57,900 nt of DNA, filler included, from Sluysia triapertura (GCA_046118255.1; 4 parts of 4 records of this genome joined end to end with filler, not necessarily neighbours in it), one strand, 5' to 3'; numbered from the whole stretch's first letter, positions 39,889-54,352 are shown. Made by a program: numbers and translations. The notes: generated by a model from the sequence alone, not told the origin.

Positions 39889-41917
39889 CCTTCGCTGCAT
39901 TTTCAAGAATGAGAGTCCAGAAGCGCACGCAATGACGTTAGAACAAAATCAATAAGATCACGCAGCAAAAGTCAATCCAAAGACTACTATTCGCAGAATG
40001 AAATGAATAGTAGCGAAGATAACATAAAATGACGTAAAAGAAGAAATTACATTTGTCGTTTTTGATATCTAAATTTTACTTAAGTTTGCGGTTCAGATAC
40101 TTACATATATATAAATTGACCGTAATTTATAAAATAAAATTGATTAATTACAGAAAGAAATTATAATAGAATAAATTATAAGGAGAAAGTAATCCTAGAA
40201 TAGTTATTACAAAATGGAACTAAAAATTAATTGGCTATAATAAAATGCCACAGTTTTCTTAATCTACGGCAAAATATTTTTGAGTAGGATCTGGTTATAT
40301 ATATAATTTATAACGTAAAGTGGAAGTACGTTTAACCAAAGTTGACAATGTTCAATGCAAAATTTATTTTAATTCCTAAAGTTTCTGTGACTTCTTTTAA
40401 TTTATGTAGTAACTAAATATTTATTGAGGGTCTCTCTATCTTTTATTAATTTTTAATTCATTAATTTTTAATTTAAAATAAAACTCGAATTATAAATTAT
40501 ATTAAACAAAATTTTTACAAATAAGAAAAATCTCAAGCTAGCAAATAAAACTTATCTAAAATGGGGTGATAAAAATAATTAGTTTAAACTTAAAACCACT
40601 AGGACATTTAATTTAAATTCTATAGATTTTAAATGAATTTTTCCTATCATTAAATCGGTCTTGAGAAAAATACATTAAAATAGAATTATTGATTAATAAT
40701 CAAAATTACCTCATAAATGACTTTATAACTTTATAACTTACTATTATAAAATGGTTTCTAATTTTCCAAAAAAGCCGTCAACTGAAAATATCTGAATCTA
40801 AATCAAGTAATAAAATTCCTGCGATTAAAATAAAATATAATGCTTAATTGGTCAGCAATCAATCACAATATATTAGAATTCTATAATTTTCTATATTCTA
40901 GAATTTTTTTTCGTTTTTGGAAAATAATATTTCATTTTTGGAAAATTATTTCTATTTTCGTGTTTTTTGATAATTTGTTATGTTAACCTAACAATAATGC
41001 AAAAAGGAAAACTTAACATAATAAAAATAGACACAACATTTAGTGCATAAAATAGGTTAGAGAAAAAATATTGTATCCAGTTTGTGTGAAATAAATTTTG
41101 TTCTATATTTCAAGAATTTTATCAAACGGTCTTATTAATGTTTATTGCAATCAACCGAACATGTCGATAAATTTCTATTCGAGTGTTACTCATAGGAGTA
41201 AAAATTTTACTTGAGCATCCAAGCAATAGCAAAATATTTTTAAAATTATAACTTTGAGATGAAATCATAAATTCATTAGTAGTTATTAATGAGGCTGAAT
41301 AGCAAAATTATTATTATTATTATTACTTTTCACTTCTTTTATAGTAGATCGTTATATTGTTTACTAGTTACTTGTTATAAATTAAGCCTTGATACCTTAA
41401 TTTGTTAAAACATTACAGCAAGTTTGAATTTAAATTGATTTTTTAAATCGCACTTCTGTTTTGAAACAACCGCCATTTATAAAATTAGAAAATTTGTAAG
41501 ATCATCTTAATTGAAGCAGTTTAAAAAATAATTTAAATTAAAGTACTTTCCAAAAAAACAACTATAAAACATTATTACATTAAATATGATTTACTTAGCA
41601 CTTTAATATTAAAATTTTAATTCATAAATTCTAGTTTATAAAGTCAATCAAACTTAAAAGTAGTAGAACTTCAACTAATAAAAATTTATCAAAAATAATT
41701 TCTTAATTTTAAATTTCTATTTGTTTGTTTATAGGATCACACAATAAAATATTTAAATTTATCGAAAATGAAATAAAATTCAGCAAAAACAATTTATGTT
41801 TTATCGTTAATTATAACTTAAATACTTTAATAAAAACTATACGGAGTCAATAATATCTGACGTGATTGAAAATATTTTTATTATTCCCTGATTTTTATGA
41901 TTTACTTAAATAGTTTA

Positions 41918-41918
<1 letters not shown>

Positions 41919-41987
<69 letters not shown>
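41919..41987. repeat. (ATT)n microsatellite
   Basis: Perfect trinucleotide run. Confidence 0.95.
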
Positions 41988-41990
<3 letters not shown>

Positions 41991-44127
41991 ATGTCATTCA
42001 ATGAATTTTATTTAAATATTTAACATTTTTATATATTTAGTATATCTATTGAATCAACTTTTTAAACAAAAAAAAAAGAAAAAATCAGAAATTTTGTGTC
42101 AGGAAATTTTTTCATCAGTAAACAATCGTTTATATAAATTTATTTTGATTGTTTTATGTGTGAGAATGAAATTTTATTCCGTTTTAATGTTTTTGCGTTT
42201 TTTAATGAAAATATATATAACAAACAATGAGATTAAGTGAATAATATGCAGAAAAATTTCAATTTTTAAATGAGCTGAGGAGAACTTTGTTGATGTTTCT
42301 GATGTACTGATATTTCTCTAAATTTTAAGATGTCCCGAAATATATCAAATGACTAAACGAATATATGGAGAGTAGATAATTAAAATGGCTGTACAATTTA
42401 AAGAGATGTCAAGAAAAACATGATATATTTGCGGCTGATGAAAAATATGTAATAATTTAATACTTCAATTTAGAAACAATATTAAGTATTCACCACAATT
42501 CTGAATAACTTATCAACAAAAATTGTTTCTGTAGTAACTAAAAAGTACTTGCATAAAAAGAATTTAACAATATTACTAATTAATTTAACAAATTTTAAGA
42601 GGCGTTTAGTATTTTCTATGATTAAACACAGTTTATAATTAGGTATTTGAAACAATTTTTATTTTGTTTATTATTTACTTAATTGTGAATAGTTTATTTT
42701 AAATTAAAAATAATTTTGTAAATTATTTTGTTTATTATATGACGCATGTTTGTTATTTTTTATTGACTATCTATATGTGTGGGTCTAAAAATAAAAAATG
42801 ATTTATTACAATAATTAACATTTATTTGTAACTTTTTAATTTTTACTGTTAACTATTAAAGATAGTAAGCCTTATTTAATAAGCTGGAACTAAGTTTAAT
42901 ATATAAATTAACTTGTTTGTATTATACCAATGCTCTCTGTCTTTTGAGTTTCTAGCTGTGTTCATTTTATTTTGCTTCTAAGATCTCAATAAAGGTATTT
43001 ACATAAGAAAAACATAAAAATCTGAAATATCATTTAACAATGTTTACTATTACTGAAAATTACGCATGCTTTTATTATTATTATTTTATTATTATTATTA
43101 TTTCCAATTTTATATTACTGACTATTGTTAGTAGTACATTTTTAAGTAATGTTTATATAATGAAAATAAATATTTGCGTTTCAGTGTTGATGCAATAATG
43201 CGTTTTCTAGAAGCTTTGTTTAAAATAAATAGATTATTAAAAAAAGTTTTATTTTAACGTAGGATATGTAAAACATGTACATAAAGATGTGGTGTGTGTT
43301 TTGTCAATGAAATCAATAGCATTAGTAAATAAAAGATACCAATTAGGATCCTAACAATTATTTAAATTAAGCTTTTATCTATAGTGTTATATGATTATTT
43401 AAATTTAAGATTACGAAGTGGGAGATATTGCTTTTGAATTCTAGTAATTCCATTTTGTGACGTTTAAAGGATATTAGAATATAATTTCTTTATAAGTACT
43501 TTGTGAAGAATGGAAGTTAATGAAAAATCGAACAATATGCAATATTGCAAAAGAAAATTGTAATGATTATGAGATTAAGAGGTGAATAGGTTCTGCGATC
43601 GTAATAAAACAACATGGAGCATATCTATAATTTTGATGGTATTGTGAGAAAGGTGTATAGAATAAAGAGTTAATTAAAATTTACGTGAGTTCACCAACGT
43701 ACTGGGCTTACCGGCGAGGGCCAGCCGTTGGATTTTAATGAGAAAAAAATACTTAACTGCTAAAGTAATGATATAACCTAGCACCTTAAATCTGGAGATC
43801 AATATTTAAAAACTTTAATATTTTTAGTTAAATGTCAAATGCAAAAGTTTAAAATAATAATTTTATGTAAATCCCGTTATATGGGATCGGCTTAAAAAGA
43901 TTTTTCTCACTAGAGTTAATTTCTAGTATGGGAAAACATAAATTAATCAATTTTGAGATTTTGAAATTGTAGAATTGAATAATAAACTCAAATTAAGTAA
44001 TTTATTAATAAAATGCAAAAATGGATTAAATTGACAAATAGATATAATACAAATCAATATTTTACTGTAAACTAAATACAATTAGTTTAAATATGAAAAG
44101 AAATTTTGAAATAATATTTTACCGTAG

Positions 44128-44227
44128 NNNNNNNNNNNNNNNNNNNNNNNNNNNNNNNNNNNNNNNNNNNNTTAATTAATTAANNNNNNNNNNNNNNNNN
44201 NNNNNNNNNNNNNNNNNNNNNNNNNNN
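44128..44227. other. Assembly gap with spacer
   Basis: N44-TTAATTAATTAA-N44. Confidence 0.97.
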
Positions 44228-44639
44228 TGTTTGAACTATTTCTTCTATAATTACTTGAATTTCTTCTAAAATTATTTCTAAAATTATCATTACTTCTATA
44301 ATTACTTCTATATTCTTTGGCATTACTAGCGTGGTTGGTTGGTCGCGTTGTTATTATATATTTATTTTATTTAAAAAAGGATATTAATATTTTTCATGTG
44401 TTGTATGTTGTGCATTTTCTATATTTTATTTATTAACTGATTATGTAAAGACATTGATTCATAGTTGAGAATATTTATTATTTCTGTGATTAAATAGTAA
44501 TTATTAATTTGTATTCATTTTGTATTTATTGAAAATATGTCAAGATTTCAGACTAATTTAATTATTGAGTTATTGTTAAATCCTAAGATAAAACTAGAAC
44601 TACGTCTAGTAATATCGTCATAATAATAATAATTTGTAA

Positions 44640-46590
44640 ATAATAACTGTGGGATTAGTGAAGAATAAGGAGAAACAAAAAGGTTATGAGTCATGATGTA
44701 GAATCGAAATAAACATCATTGAGGAATTAAGATAAAGTATCATAATGAATTGTAATAACAAAGTAAGTGTATAAAATATTTGAATCAAGACTAAAGAATG
44801 AAAAATACTAAGAAGTAACCCTTTATAAGGTTTTATTTGTTAAAGTATTAATGTAAATTTGTTAATTAATTTACTTAATATTTGTTTACTTTGATAACTT
44901 AATGAAAAATGTTTGCTCACAATAAAATAATATTAGATTTAGTACATAATGATGAGATTTATGAGTATTTTAATGATAAGGTATTACGAAGCAAATCGAC
45001 ATAGATAACGTAAAAATTATGTATTTTAATTAGTTTTTATAATTAAAAATTAAAGTTAAATAAGTTTCGATGTTTAAGTATTAATAAAGTATATATCAAA
45101 TTGATGCTCATGAAGGTACCAATCCATATAATTTAATATATGCTTTATTAATACTTAGACATAGGAACATATTTAACTTTAATTTTAAATTATAAAAATT
45201 AATTAAAATAACTAATTTTTACGTTTTCTACTTTGACATACTGTAAGATTAGTTGTTATATATTAATGATTGTTTATTTTAATCTCTGTGAATCCCTTAC
45301 GATATTAGACTTACTCACTTAAGGGCTAATACATTTTTATATAAAGAAATGTCGATAGCTAGCTAAAGAACTAATGTGATGATGTCAGTGGTTTAGTTTT
45401 TGTCCTATTGCAATGAAAGGTTAAAACTATATAAGTTACGTCGGATCCCAATTAAAAAGGATCTGCAAAAAATGAGATTTTAATATTCAGTTAACAAAAT
45501 ACGAATAGTTTGGGTAATTTTGAAACTATAAATTTTAATTCTCTCTGAAGAATTTAAAATAATTATGAACAAAATTTTGGATATTTTACTCTTACATAAC
45601 AAATTATAAAAATATGCATAACCGAAAATATTGTACGGTCGGTATTAATTTTTTTCTTTTTATCTTTATTTGGAACTAGATATTACGTGGAGAAAAATAT
45701 AAAATGATTTTATGTCTATTTTACGTCAACTTTAAAAGTTTCTAAACCTTAATAAAACTGACTAACGGAATTATTTAATAAACTTAATGGAATATTCATA
45801 GTACTTATTTCTGAAGATTGCGATATCAGATATTGCAACCGAATGTTAATTAGAAAAATCTGTGTTGTGGGAAACAGACGGATTTCAACTTTTTAAAGAT
45901 TAAGAATTTGTGTTGTAGAATTGGCAAGTCAGAAATTTGTTGTCAATTTATGCGTTCTATAAAATAACAATAAGTTATTTTAAATTGTTTCGTTAGTCAC
46001 AAATGAAAAATTTTTTAAAATATTAAATTATAAAATTATGAAATTATATACAATATAAAATATTAACATATTAAATTATAAATTAAAATATTAACTAACA
46101 TTATTCAATAATTCCAATATTAATTTTTTTAGAAACTGTTCATAAAAATAATCATAAAATGTTTAAAATATTGATTTAAAAATATAAATACATCAATTAA
46201 TTGATCTATAATTAAACATAATGTTATTGATTTAGAATGTTATTAATTTAGCAAATGTTGACAATACTAATAACACTCAATATTATATACTAAATCTAAT
46301 ATCATTATATAATGAGCAGATGTTTTTTGAGTTATCAAATTAAACAAATTTTAATTAAGTTAATTAACAAATGTACTTTAACTTTTTAACAAATAAAACT
46401 CTGTGAATTTATTTCTTCGTATTCTCATTATTTTGTTTTAATTCAAGTATTTTATATGCTTATTTTACCATTACAGTTCATCATAATGCTTTATCTTAAT
46501 ATTCACCTTATTCTGTTATCCTGAGTCCTAACCCTTATATCGATCATTATGCCTTCACTAATCGTAACAGGAAGTTAAAATTCTTAGAGT
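44640..46590. repeat. Inverted repeat pair (~44640-45000 and ~46230-46590)
   Basis: attaagataaagtatcataatgaattgtaat vs attacagttcatcataatgctttatcttaat, and taatattagatttagtacataat vs attatatactaaatctaatatca. Collinear over about 350 bp. Confidence 0.75.
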
Positions 46591-47129
46591 TAAAAATATC
46601 ACAAAAACTCGAGTATTTACAAAATGGAGAATATACAAACTGCATAGCAAGATATTTTATTTCCCGTAAAGAAGGCAAATGTTCTAACGGATACAGCAGA
46701 TAAAATTGCAGTAAAAAGGCATACAAATAAATTTTTAATCATTGTTAGGTCCAGATCATTTTCCTGGAGCTTTATTACTAATTCTTTAACGTTAACTTAT
46801 AAAAATTTATTTACTTTTCTCTTATCGAATTATTCTACACTTGTTGATGAAAGTCGTAAATACGTTATTGAAGCCACCGTTGTCATAATAATGAAATCTC
46901 ATGAAACCGAGTTGCATAATATTTTGATAGCTGAAGTTAGTGAACAACCGAATCCTCAGGTGATAAAACAAATAATTGAATCACCATTTGAAAGAGATCT
47001 TATTTCAGCATTTGTTGGTATTTTGATCATATTTTGTTAAATATTATGGTCATAGATTAAAAATTAAATAAGTGATCCAACTGAATGTAACAAATATACA
47101 ATTATCTTTTGATAGAATTGAAGTTATTT

Positions 47130-47648
47130 TCCATTTGTTGCTTTCATTATAGTAGTTCCATTAATTATACTAACATATTTTTGGTATAATAATGTAACTC
47201 AGTATTTAATTGCATCAAGCTTATTATTATTATTATTTACTAGTATTCGTTTTGGATTCTATTTAAGATTATTAAATATAATCGCAGTAAACATGTTATT
47301 AAGGTTACAACATTCAAATACATTTTATTGCCCAGTATTCATTTCTAATACTATCGGTGTTCTTATATTTTCAGTAATTGCAAAAATTCTTAATTATATT
47401 CTTATTCCCATTTCATTTTTTATATTTTTGAACTTATTTCCAGTTATGTTAATATGGCGACAGTCTTATTATTTGGATCACTAATTTCATTAATTTATCT
47501 TGCAGCTGTTTCAGCTATCTTTAATGATATAAGAGTTGAGAAAAATTTGTATTACTTGGTTTTTGGTGAGTCATTATTAAATGCTGGCATATTTATGGTT
47601 TGTATAATGTTTTACAACAAATTTTTCCGTTACTACGATCTTATTTAA
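47130..47648 (+). pseudogene. Decayed Na+/H+ exchanger (SLC9A/NHE family) transmembrane-region fragment
   Basis: VLLFGSLIS...AAVSAIFNDIRVEKNLYYLVFGESLLNAG matches NHE LLFGSLISAVDPVAV..LYxLVFGESLLND. Upstream frames give YILLPSI and NTIGVLIFSVIAKILN. The blocks lie in different frames and the key acidic residues are lost. Confidence 0.75.
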
Positions 47649-50536
47649 TGGCAATTTATTGATAGAGAAATATGTTTGATTAATATTTTTTGAGTTTTGT
47701 TTAATCAATTTTTTGTTTCTTAGTTGTTATTGTTTTAAAGGGTTTATTGGTTATTTAAACTTTGTTGATTTAATTTCGGCAGACCTTAAGGCGGCTTTAA
47801 AATTCTCGAAATTAAAACTTCAATAGAAAGAGTTAAATACAAACATATAAAGTAAACATAGGAAGTAAATAGAAATTTATTTGCACGTGCAAAAATGATT
47901 AAAATAAAATTTTGAAAGCATTACAGAATCCCTCAACTTTTCAGTCGGTAGGTGATGAGCTCGAATCAAAACACTCTAATAATAAATATCAACACAATAT
48001 AATACAGATCTTATAAATAAAATCTCAAACAAACTTCTTCACAATCTAGCACATAATATCAAATCAGCATGCAACATACATAAAGCACAAACACAATTTT
48101 AATTGCACTACACATCTTAACAATTACATAGTCTTACACTCCAAATTTATCATACACGTTTAACTGTATATCAAAATTGTTGTTAATAATATTATTGTTG
48201 TATTGTTTTTACTGCTTGATTTATAAATTTTATGTTTTCTGAGATTTTGTATGTATTCTTGGTACGTATTGGCAAATTGTACTGTAAAATCTTCTAGTGT
48301 GGGCTTAACAAATTGTTAATCAGATTTTGTTCGAATTATTACAACGTTGTTATCAAAAACTGTTTCGCGGTAATCACGAAAGGGTAAATATTAACAGTAA
48401 AAATTATTTTATGATTAATAAATTTTAATTATTACATTCTAATTTTTATTTAAATATTTTTGTAATTATTTTTTATAAATTTTAATTGTTTAAATTATAT
48501 GAATTAAAATTTAAACAGTAATTTTAATCAGACAATTACACCAAACAAAAAATTTAATTCATAAATATCTAATTCTATCAAAATGAATCAATAAAGTCTT
48601 ATTAAATAATTGATCTACGTAAAAAACAAAAGATAACCATTATTGTTTGTTTATTTTGTTTTGTTTATTTATGTAAAAAAGAAATAAAAATTAAAATAAC
48701 TTTTTTTTATTGTTTTCATTGTTTTCTTTATTTATAATAAATAAATAATAACAAAAACAATTATATTTTGTATTTATTTATTTGAAATATGTATTGATTT
48801 ATTGATTTATGTGTTTCGGTTTAATTTGAAACTTAAACAAAAAACAAAGTATGAATAATTGACATTGTGTTAGTTTATTGAAATTTATTAAAATTAATTA
48901 TTAATTGATCAATTATTTAAAATTACTTATTTGTTTAATTAAAATTTTCAAGAAATTTTAACCTAATTTTATATATAAATTGATTTGACTACTAATTTAA
49001 AAAAATTGTTGTCTTTTTGTGGCTATATTGACATTGACTCGTACGGCTATGCTAAATGATATATTTTTATCTTCGATAAACAATAATTATTAAAATATTA
49101 AACGATTTAAATAAATCTTTTAGACGAAAACTTTCATCTTAACACTAGAATTGTCAAAATTTCATTTTCGATAACGCAACTTTAAATTAAACTTTGCATT
49201 AATATTTTTCTAACTATATTTAGATTTTTAAATTTTAACAGATAGTTCCAGCTTGAATAACTAATTATATATCAAAAAAAGATGCACATTAATATCGTCT
49301 TAGTTGACTGCCAAAAACAATTTATTAAGATACAATAATGCATGGATAACCCGTAATATATTTTTGATTCCAATATTTAATAATATGTCTGTTACTGTTA
49401 CTATTAATGTTATTATTACTATTACTTTTATTTGTACTATTAGTATTACTATTATAACATTTACTATTTATTTACTATTTATTTACTATTTATTTATTTA
49501 CTATTTATTTATTTACTATTTATTTATTTACTATTTATTGTTAATGCTATCATTATAACTACTATTATTATTATCATTATTATTAGTAGTAGTATTAGTA
49601 TTAGTATTATTTAAACCATTACTATTACTGCAAAGAAAAATTTAATTAAAATAAATTAGTACAAATAAAAATTTTAGCTTAAATTTATTTAATATGTATT
49701 CATGTTTATTTTATGAATATTTTCACTTTTTGTTTATTTATTTTTTACACAGAAAATGTAAATTACTAAGTAAATTTTTAAAAGAAATAACGTTATTTAT
49801 CACTCAATGATAATTGCTTTTAATTAATATATATATATAATGATTAATTACTTTTTAATTAATTTTTATAAGCAACAAAATAGGAAATAATTAAAATAAG
49901 AAAATTAGTACACAAAATTTACATTTATGTAATAAAATTTATTCCAAAAATTATATAGAAGATATTTTAATTTTTCAATAATAGCCTAATTAATATTGTT
50001 GCTTCTAATAAATTAAATTTCTGAGTTCAAAAGCTTTCTACAGAACTTAACAAATAGCAACTTTTACTGAAATTAAAATGAATGAATTTAATTATTATTC
50101 GGTGTAATTGTACTTGTTCATTCATACTTTTCACGAACATTAATATATTTAGTTGATATTAGGTTCTGTTCATTTCATACATCCATATTATCGAAAATAG
50201 TGTTACAGATTTGTAGTTTGTTTTGAAATTATAAAATGAAATAAATTTACATTTTTTTTGATTTAATATATTTACGGAATTTTTTTGTATAGTTATTTTA
50301 ACTAAATTAATTAATGAACATTAATAACGACGCCTCATTAATCTAAATTTAGTAAATCCATATTGATCACATATTGATCTTTATTAAAACGGAACTTTAT
50401 ATCTTTCACTACCAAACCTTTTTTGGTCCCATTTTATAATATTAACTAAATTGGTGCAGTCTGACAACACAAATAATAATAACTAGATAAATGTAACCGA
50501 CCAAGGTCACCAGCTGATTTCACGTCATTCAATAAA

Positions 50537-50645
50537 CACTACACAACCATTGGGACGATCTGTTAGGCTGTTTAAAGCTACTTTTAACCAACTGATGTAG
50601 AACATAGTTTCTGTGGGACCCATCGTCCCATTGGTAGTCAAAGGG
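50537..50645. mobile_element. piggyBac-like MITE remnant
   Basis: Right end ...ggtagtcaaaGGG|TTAA. Inverted pair accattgggacgat / atcgtcccattggt (13/14). The left terminus is degraded. Confidence 0.55.
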
Positions 50646-51041
50646 TTAAAGTAATTACATTATATTACAGTCTGTCACATTCATAAACTTAATCATTCAT
50701 ATCAGATTACGTCATAAACGTAATCACACTGTTTCTCTCCCTACATATGACCTCATGCATAATCACCTAATTCCAATACATGCACATCCAAAACATACAA
50801 CATTTCATTGGACACAAAAATTTTATTAAAAATCATAATTTAGCAAACGTACTTTTGTGTAAAACAAATTTTGTATTTTCTCAAAAAAGAAATACGCATT
50901 ATAGGCTTAGTATCGTGTATTTTGTTGTGTTTCAGGCGCCTTACATCCAACACTTAGGCAAGCAATGGGCAATTATAAAACAAATCGCATTAAAAGATTA
51001 ATTTTTTATTCATATGAACTAGAAATTGACTGGCTACTCAC

Positions 51042-51113
51042 CTGTAATTTCTTGAATTAAAGGAACGGATGATTTATTATTTGAAACTATTGGTTGATCG
51101 GATACTTCAGTTT
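51042..51113 (-). CDS. Putative 72-nt internal exon (phase 1-1) encoding (E)TEVSDQPIVSNNKSSVPLIQEIT
   Basis: ttttaccctttAG acceptor and AG|GTGAGT donor, open frame. Same length, phase and C-terminal motif as 53373-53444. Confidence 0.65.
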
Positions 51114-52971
51114 CTAAAGGGTAAAAATATTACAATACGATATAATATATTATTTTCAAATTATGGCTAATTTTGTTATAAGTAAATATAATAATATAAG
51201 TAATGGAACAATATCAGATGAAACTCAAATTTCTCGATATAGTATATTTCGAAGTTTGAAATTTCTAGGAACGACATTGACATATCATTGATATAAATGA
51301 AAATCGAAGAAAAAGAAGACAGATTTACAAATATTATATTAAATATTGTGCACAATTTTTAAAATAGATATTAGTAACGAAAAATGGATATATCATCGTA
51401 AGAAAAGTGCAAAAGAATGATCAAAAAGTAAATTTGATGAAAGTTATAATGAGTATTTATGAAGTTTTGAAGGTATTGTTGTCAGTACATCAACTGTGTT
51501 CTATGTTGTAATCAGATAAAAAAAGTTATTATGATTCATCGTTTTGATAATTGCTGAGGGCACAGTAAAGAAACCCAAAAGGGGTAGTGATAATAATAAT
51601 TTTCATCAAGACAAGTTAAGCTTGAGGCTATATTTAAATTAAAATTTTCAAAATAAAACTTTATATACCGATTATTATATTTGATTAACAAGTATTATAA
51701 AATAAAATAGCACGATTATTATATATAAATATTTTCATTGAATAAAACACATAGAACATGTACACTTACTAAAAACCTTTAATGTAGCAGTCTTTGATTT
51801 GTAGTTCAGCATATAAATATCCAAAATGACATTACTACTATGATTGTCATAATTTTGATTAAAATTTAATTTTATGCAAAAACTGAAACACATTATCAGA
51901 AAGAAAATTTTGTTGACAATCAATTAATCTAATAAATTTTCATAATTATGTTCTGTTTTATAATGTTTCTTACAGATACGAAAATATGGCAAATTTATTC
52001 TCTAGTAACCTTTTTAGCATTCAACTTTTCTTTTAGTTAATTTCATTACGTGGCAAATTTCATTATGTAGCCAACATTTAGGATTTATATTATCTGAATA
52101 TATGGATTTTCGAAATTACATGTTAATAGTTAATAATTTTGTTCATACTACTTATTCATTTACATTAGTTTTGTTTGTGTTAATTTGTGTATGGTAGTAT
52201 TCATTTTCAATTTCCATTTTCATTAGCACTGTTTTATTTCCATTTTGATTAGTCCTATTCTTACTCCGTATTTTTCACACCATACTTTTTTTCTTATTTT
52301 GATTCCATTTGTCAAGGAATCTTTTGTTGTTTATTAAGGTATTGCAAGGTGTATTTGCTCTGATTTATGATTTAGTTTTATCAGGTTATAACTTATATAA
52401 AATTATATAATTTTAATTTTCCAATTATATTTTATTAATTTTTAATTATTAGATTTACATTATTTTATTGTGTAATTAGGTTTAATTAGATTTAGGTATT
52501 ACAAACCCATTAGATCCGCTCGGTACTAACGATATATTATACAAATTTATGTAAAAGTCATTGGAAATGCATTAATATGAATATCTTAATGTATTATGAT
52601 GGAAAACCAAGCATTTCAATCTAATATTTAAATAGATTTGTAGTAATTAATGGGTTAAAGACTATACATTAATAAACTCGTTAAAATTTAAAACTGAAGT
52701 TGTAAATGTTACCTTATTAGAGAAACTTATACAAGATTCTACGTTGATGTAAATTAAAGGAAATTTACAATAAATTAAAAAGTCAAACCATAACTGACTC
52801 AAGATCTTATCATAAAAGCAAATTAATGAATAGATACCTAACAAAATATCAAAGAAATAATACGTCTTTATAATAATTTTTCCCTAATATGTATATAATG
52901 CTATTAAAAACAGCTAGATTTCATGTTTAATAGTATTAATAAAAATTACAAAAAAGTAACTGCAATGTTAC

Positions 52972-53029
<58 letters not shown>
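52972..53029. repeat. (AAT)n microsatellite
   Basis: Perfect trinucleotide run. A similar run lies at ~53476-53543. Confidence 0.95.
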
Positions 53030-53031
<2 letters not shown>

Positions 53032-53372
53032 CGTTAATTTATGTAGAGCTAGTAAAATAAAAGAAGTACACCAAATTTAAGCATTAGTAAATTTAATGTA
53101 TCATGTTGCCAAAGTTCTTTATTAACCATAAAATAATAAATTGTTAATGTAAATTATGAAAATATCCGTATTCAATGCAATTTGAAGAATAAAGAATTCA
53201 AAAGGCAATGCATAGTTTTATATCATCATAGATTTTTGGTAATTTGTTTCGGTAATTTGAAACAAATGTATAAATAATGCCAAAAATGTGTAAAGTAATT
53301 TCGAATGAGTTTAAAATTGAAATGGAACGGATAGAAATATTATTATCTTAATATCAATATAAAATAACGTAC

Positions 53373-53444
53373 CTGTAATTTCTTCTATTAGAGCAATGTT
53401 TGATCGAGAATGTGTGGATACAGATTCACGTGATTCTGTATTTT
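53373..53444 (-). CDS. Putative 72-nt internal exon (phase 1-1) encoding (E)NTESRESVSTHSRSNIALIEEIT
   Basis: tattAG acceptor and AG|GTACGT donor, open frame. Paralogous to 51042-51113. Confidence 0.65.
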
Positions 53445-53475
53445 CTAATACTAACATTAATTATATTAATTAATG

Positions 53476-53517
<42 letters not shown>

Positions 53518-54199
53518 GTAATAATAGTAATAGTAATAATAATAGATAAGTAATGTACATTTTATATTTCTGTAACCTGAGAAAAATATGAAACTATTAT
53601 CAAAAATAGTACATCATTATGTATTTTGTTTTAATGCGCAATTAAAATTTCAATACGTGGTTTGTTTCAGAACTATTGGAGAAAACGAATCATAGCAACA
53701 CATGCATGTAGAATATGAGAAATAGAAGGCTCTAACGATACCAATATAAAAATGATACGATGATGATATGGAAGGTTTGATGATGAATGTTTAGAACAGA
53801 TCACAGATTTAGATTCCATAAATACTTCCATTGAATCAAATCCGGTTCAAAGTAATGAAACAATAATATGTGTAATTCAAATATTGTGACAGAGTATATT
53901 GTGGAGTTTGAAATGTCTAGGAACGATTAATAAGTGTCACAAAGAAATACCATTGATATGAATGAAATATCATATAACTAAATTGTGCACGATTTTTAAA
54001 ACAGTTATTAGTGTTGATATACCATCGTAAGAAAAGTGAAAAAGAATGATCAACAGGTCGTTAAAAAGGTAACTTTGATGAAAGTTATGAGCACTTATGA
54101 AGTTTTGGAGTTATCGTTCACTTCGAATTGATTCCTGATTGTCAATGTATCAACTCTGACCTATGTTGTAATCAGGTAAAAAAAGTTGATGTTGTTATG

Positions 54200-54352
54200 A
54201 GTGACCATTTTCCAGAATTATTTAACAGGTATAACATTTTATATCTGCTAGATAATATCAAGCAAAGAAATTATTAATTATCCTAATGGATAATTCCCAC
54301 CCAGCTCATAGTTTAGATCTCACTTGTTTACCTAACATCAAAGACTTTTTAA
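54200..54352 (+). mobile_element. Possible Tigger/pogo DDE transposase fragment
   Basis: LIILMDNSHPAHSLDLTCLPNIKDFL resembles pogo LLILDNAPAH...LxNIKxxFLP. The match is short and decayed. Confidence 0.4.

Larger units (their letters stand above)
51200..54190 (+). repeat. Direct repeat pair (~51200-51530 and ~53850-54190)
   Basis: Shared blocks agtttgaaat.tctaggaacga, catcgtaagaaaagtg.aaaagaatgatcaa, tttgatgaaagttat and ctatgttgtaatcag.taaaaaaagtt. Confidence 0.85.
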
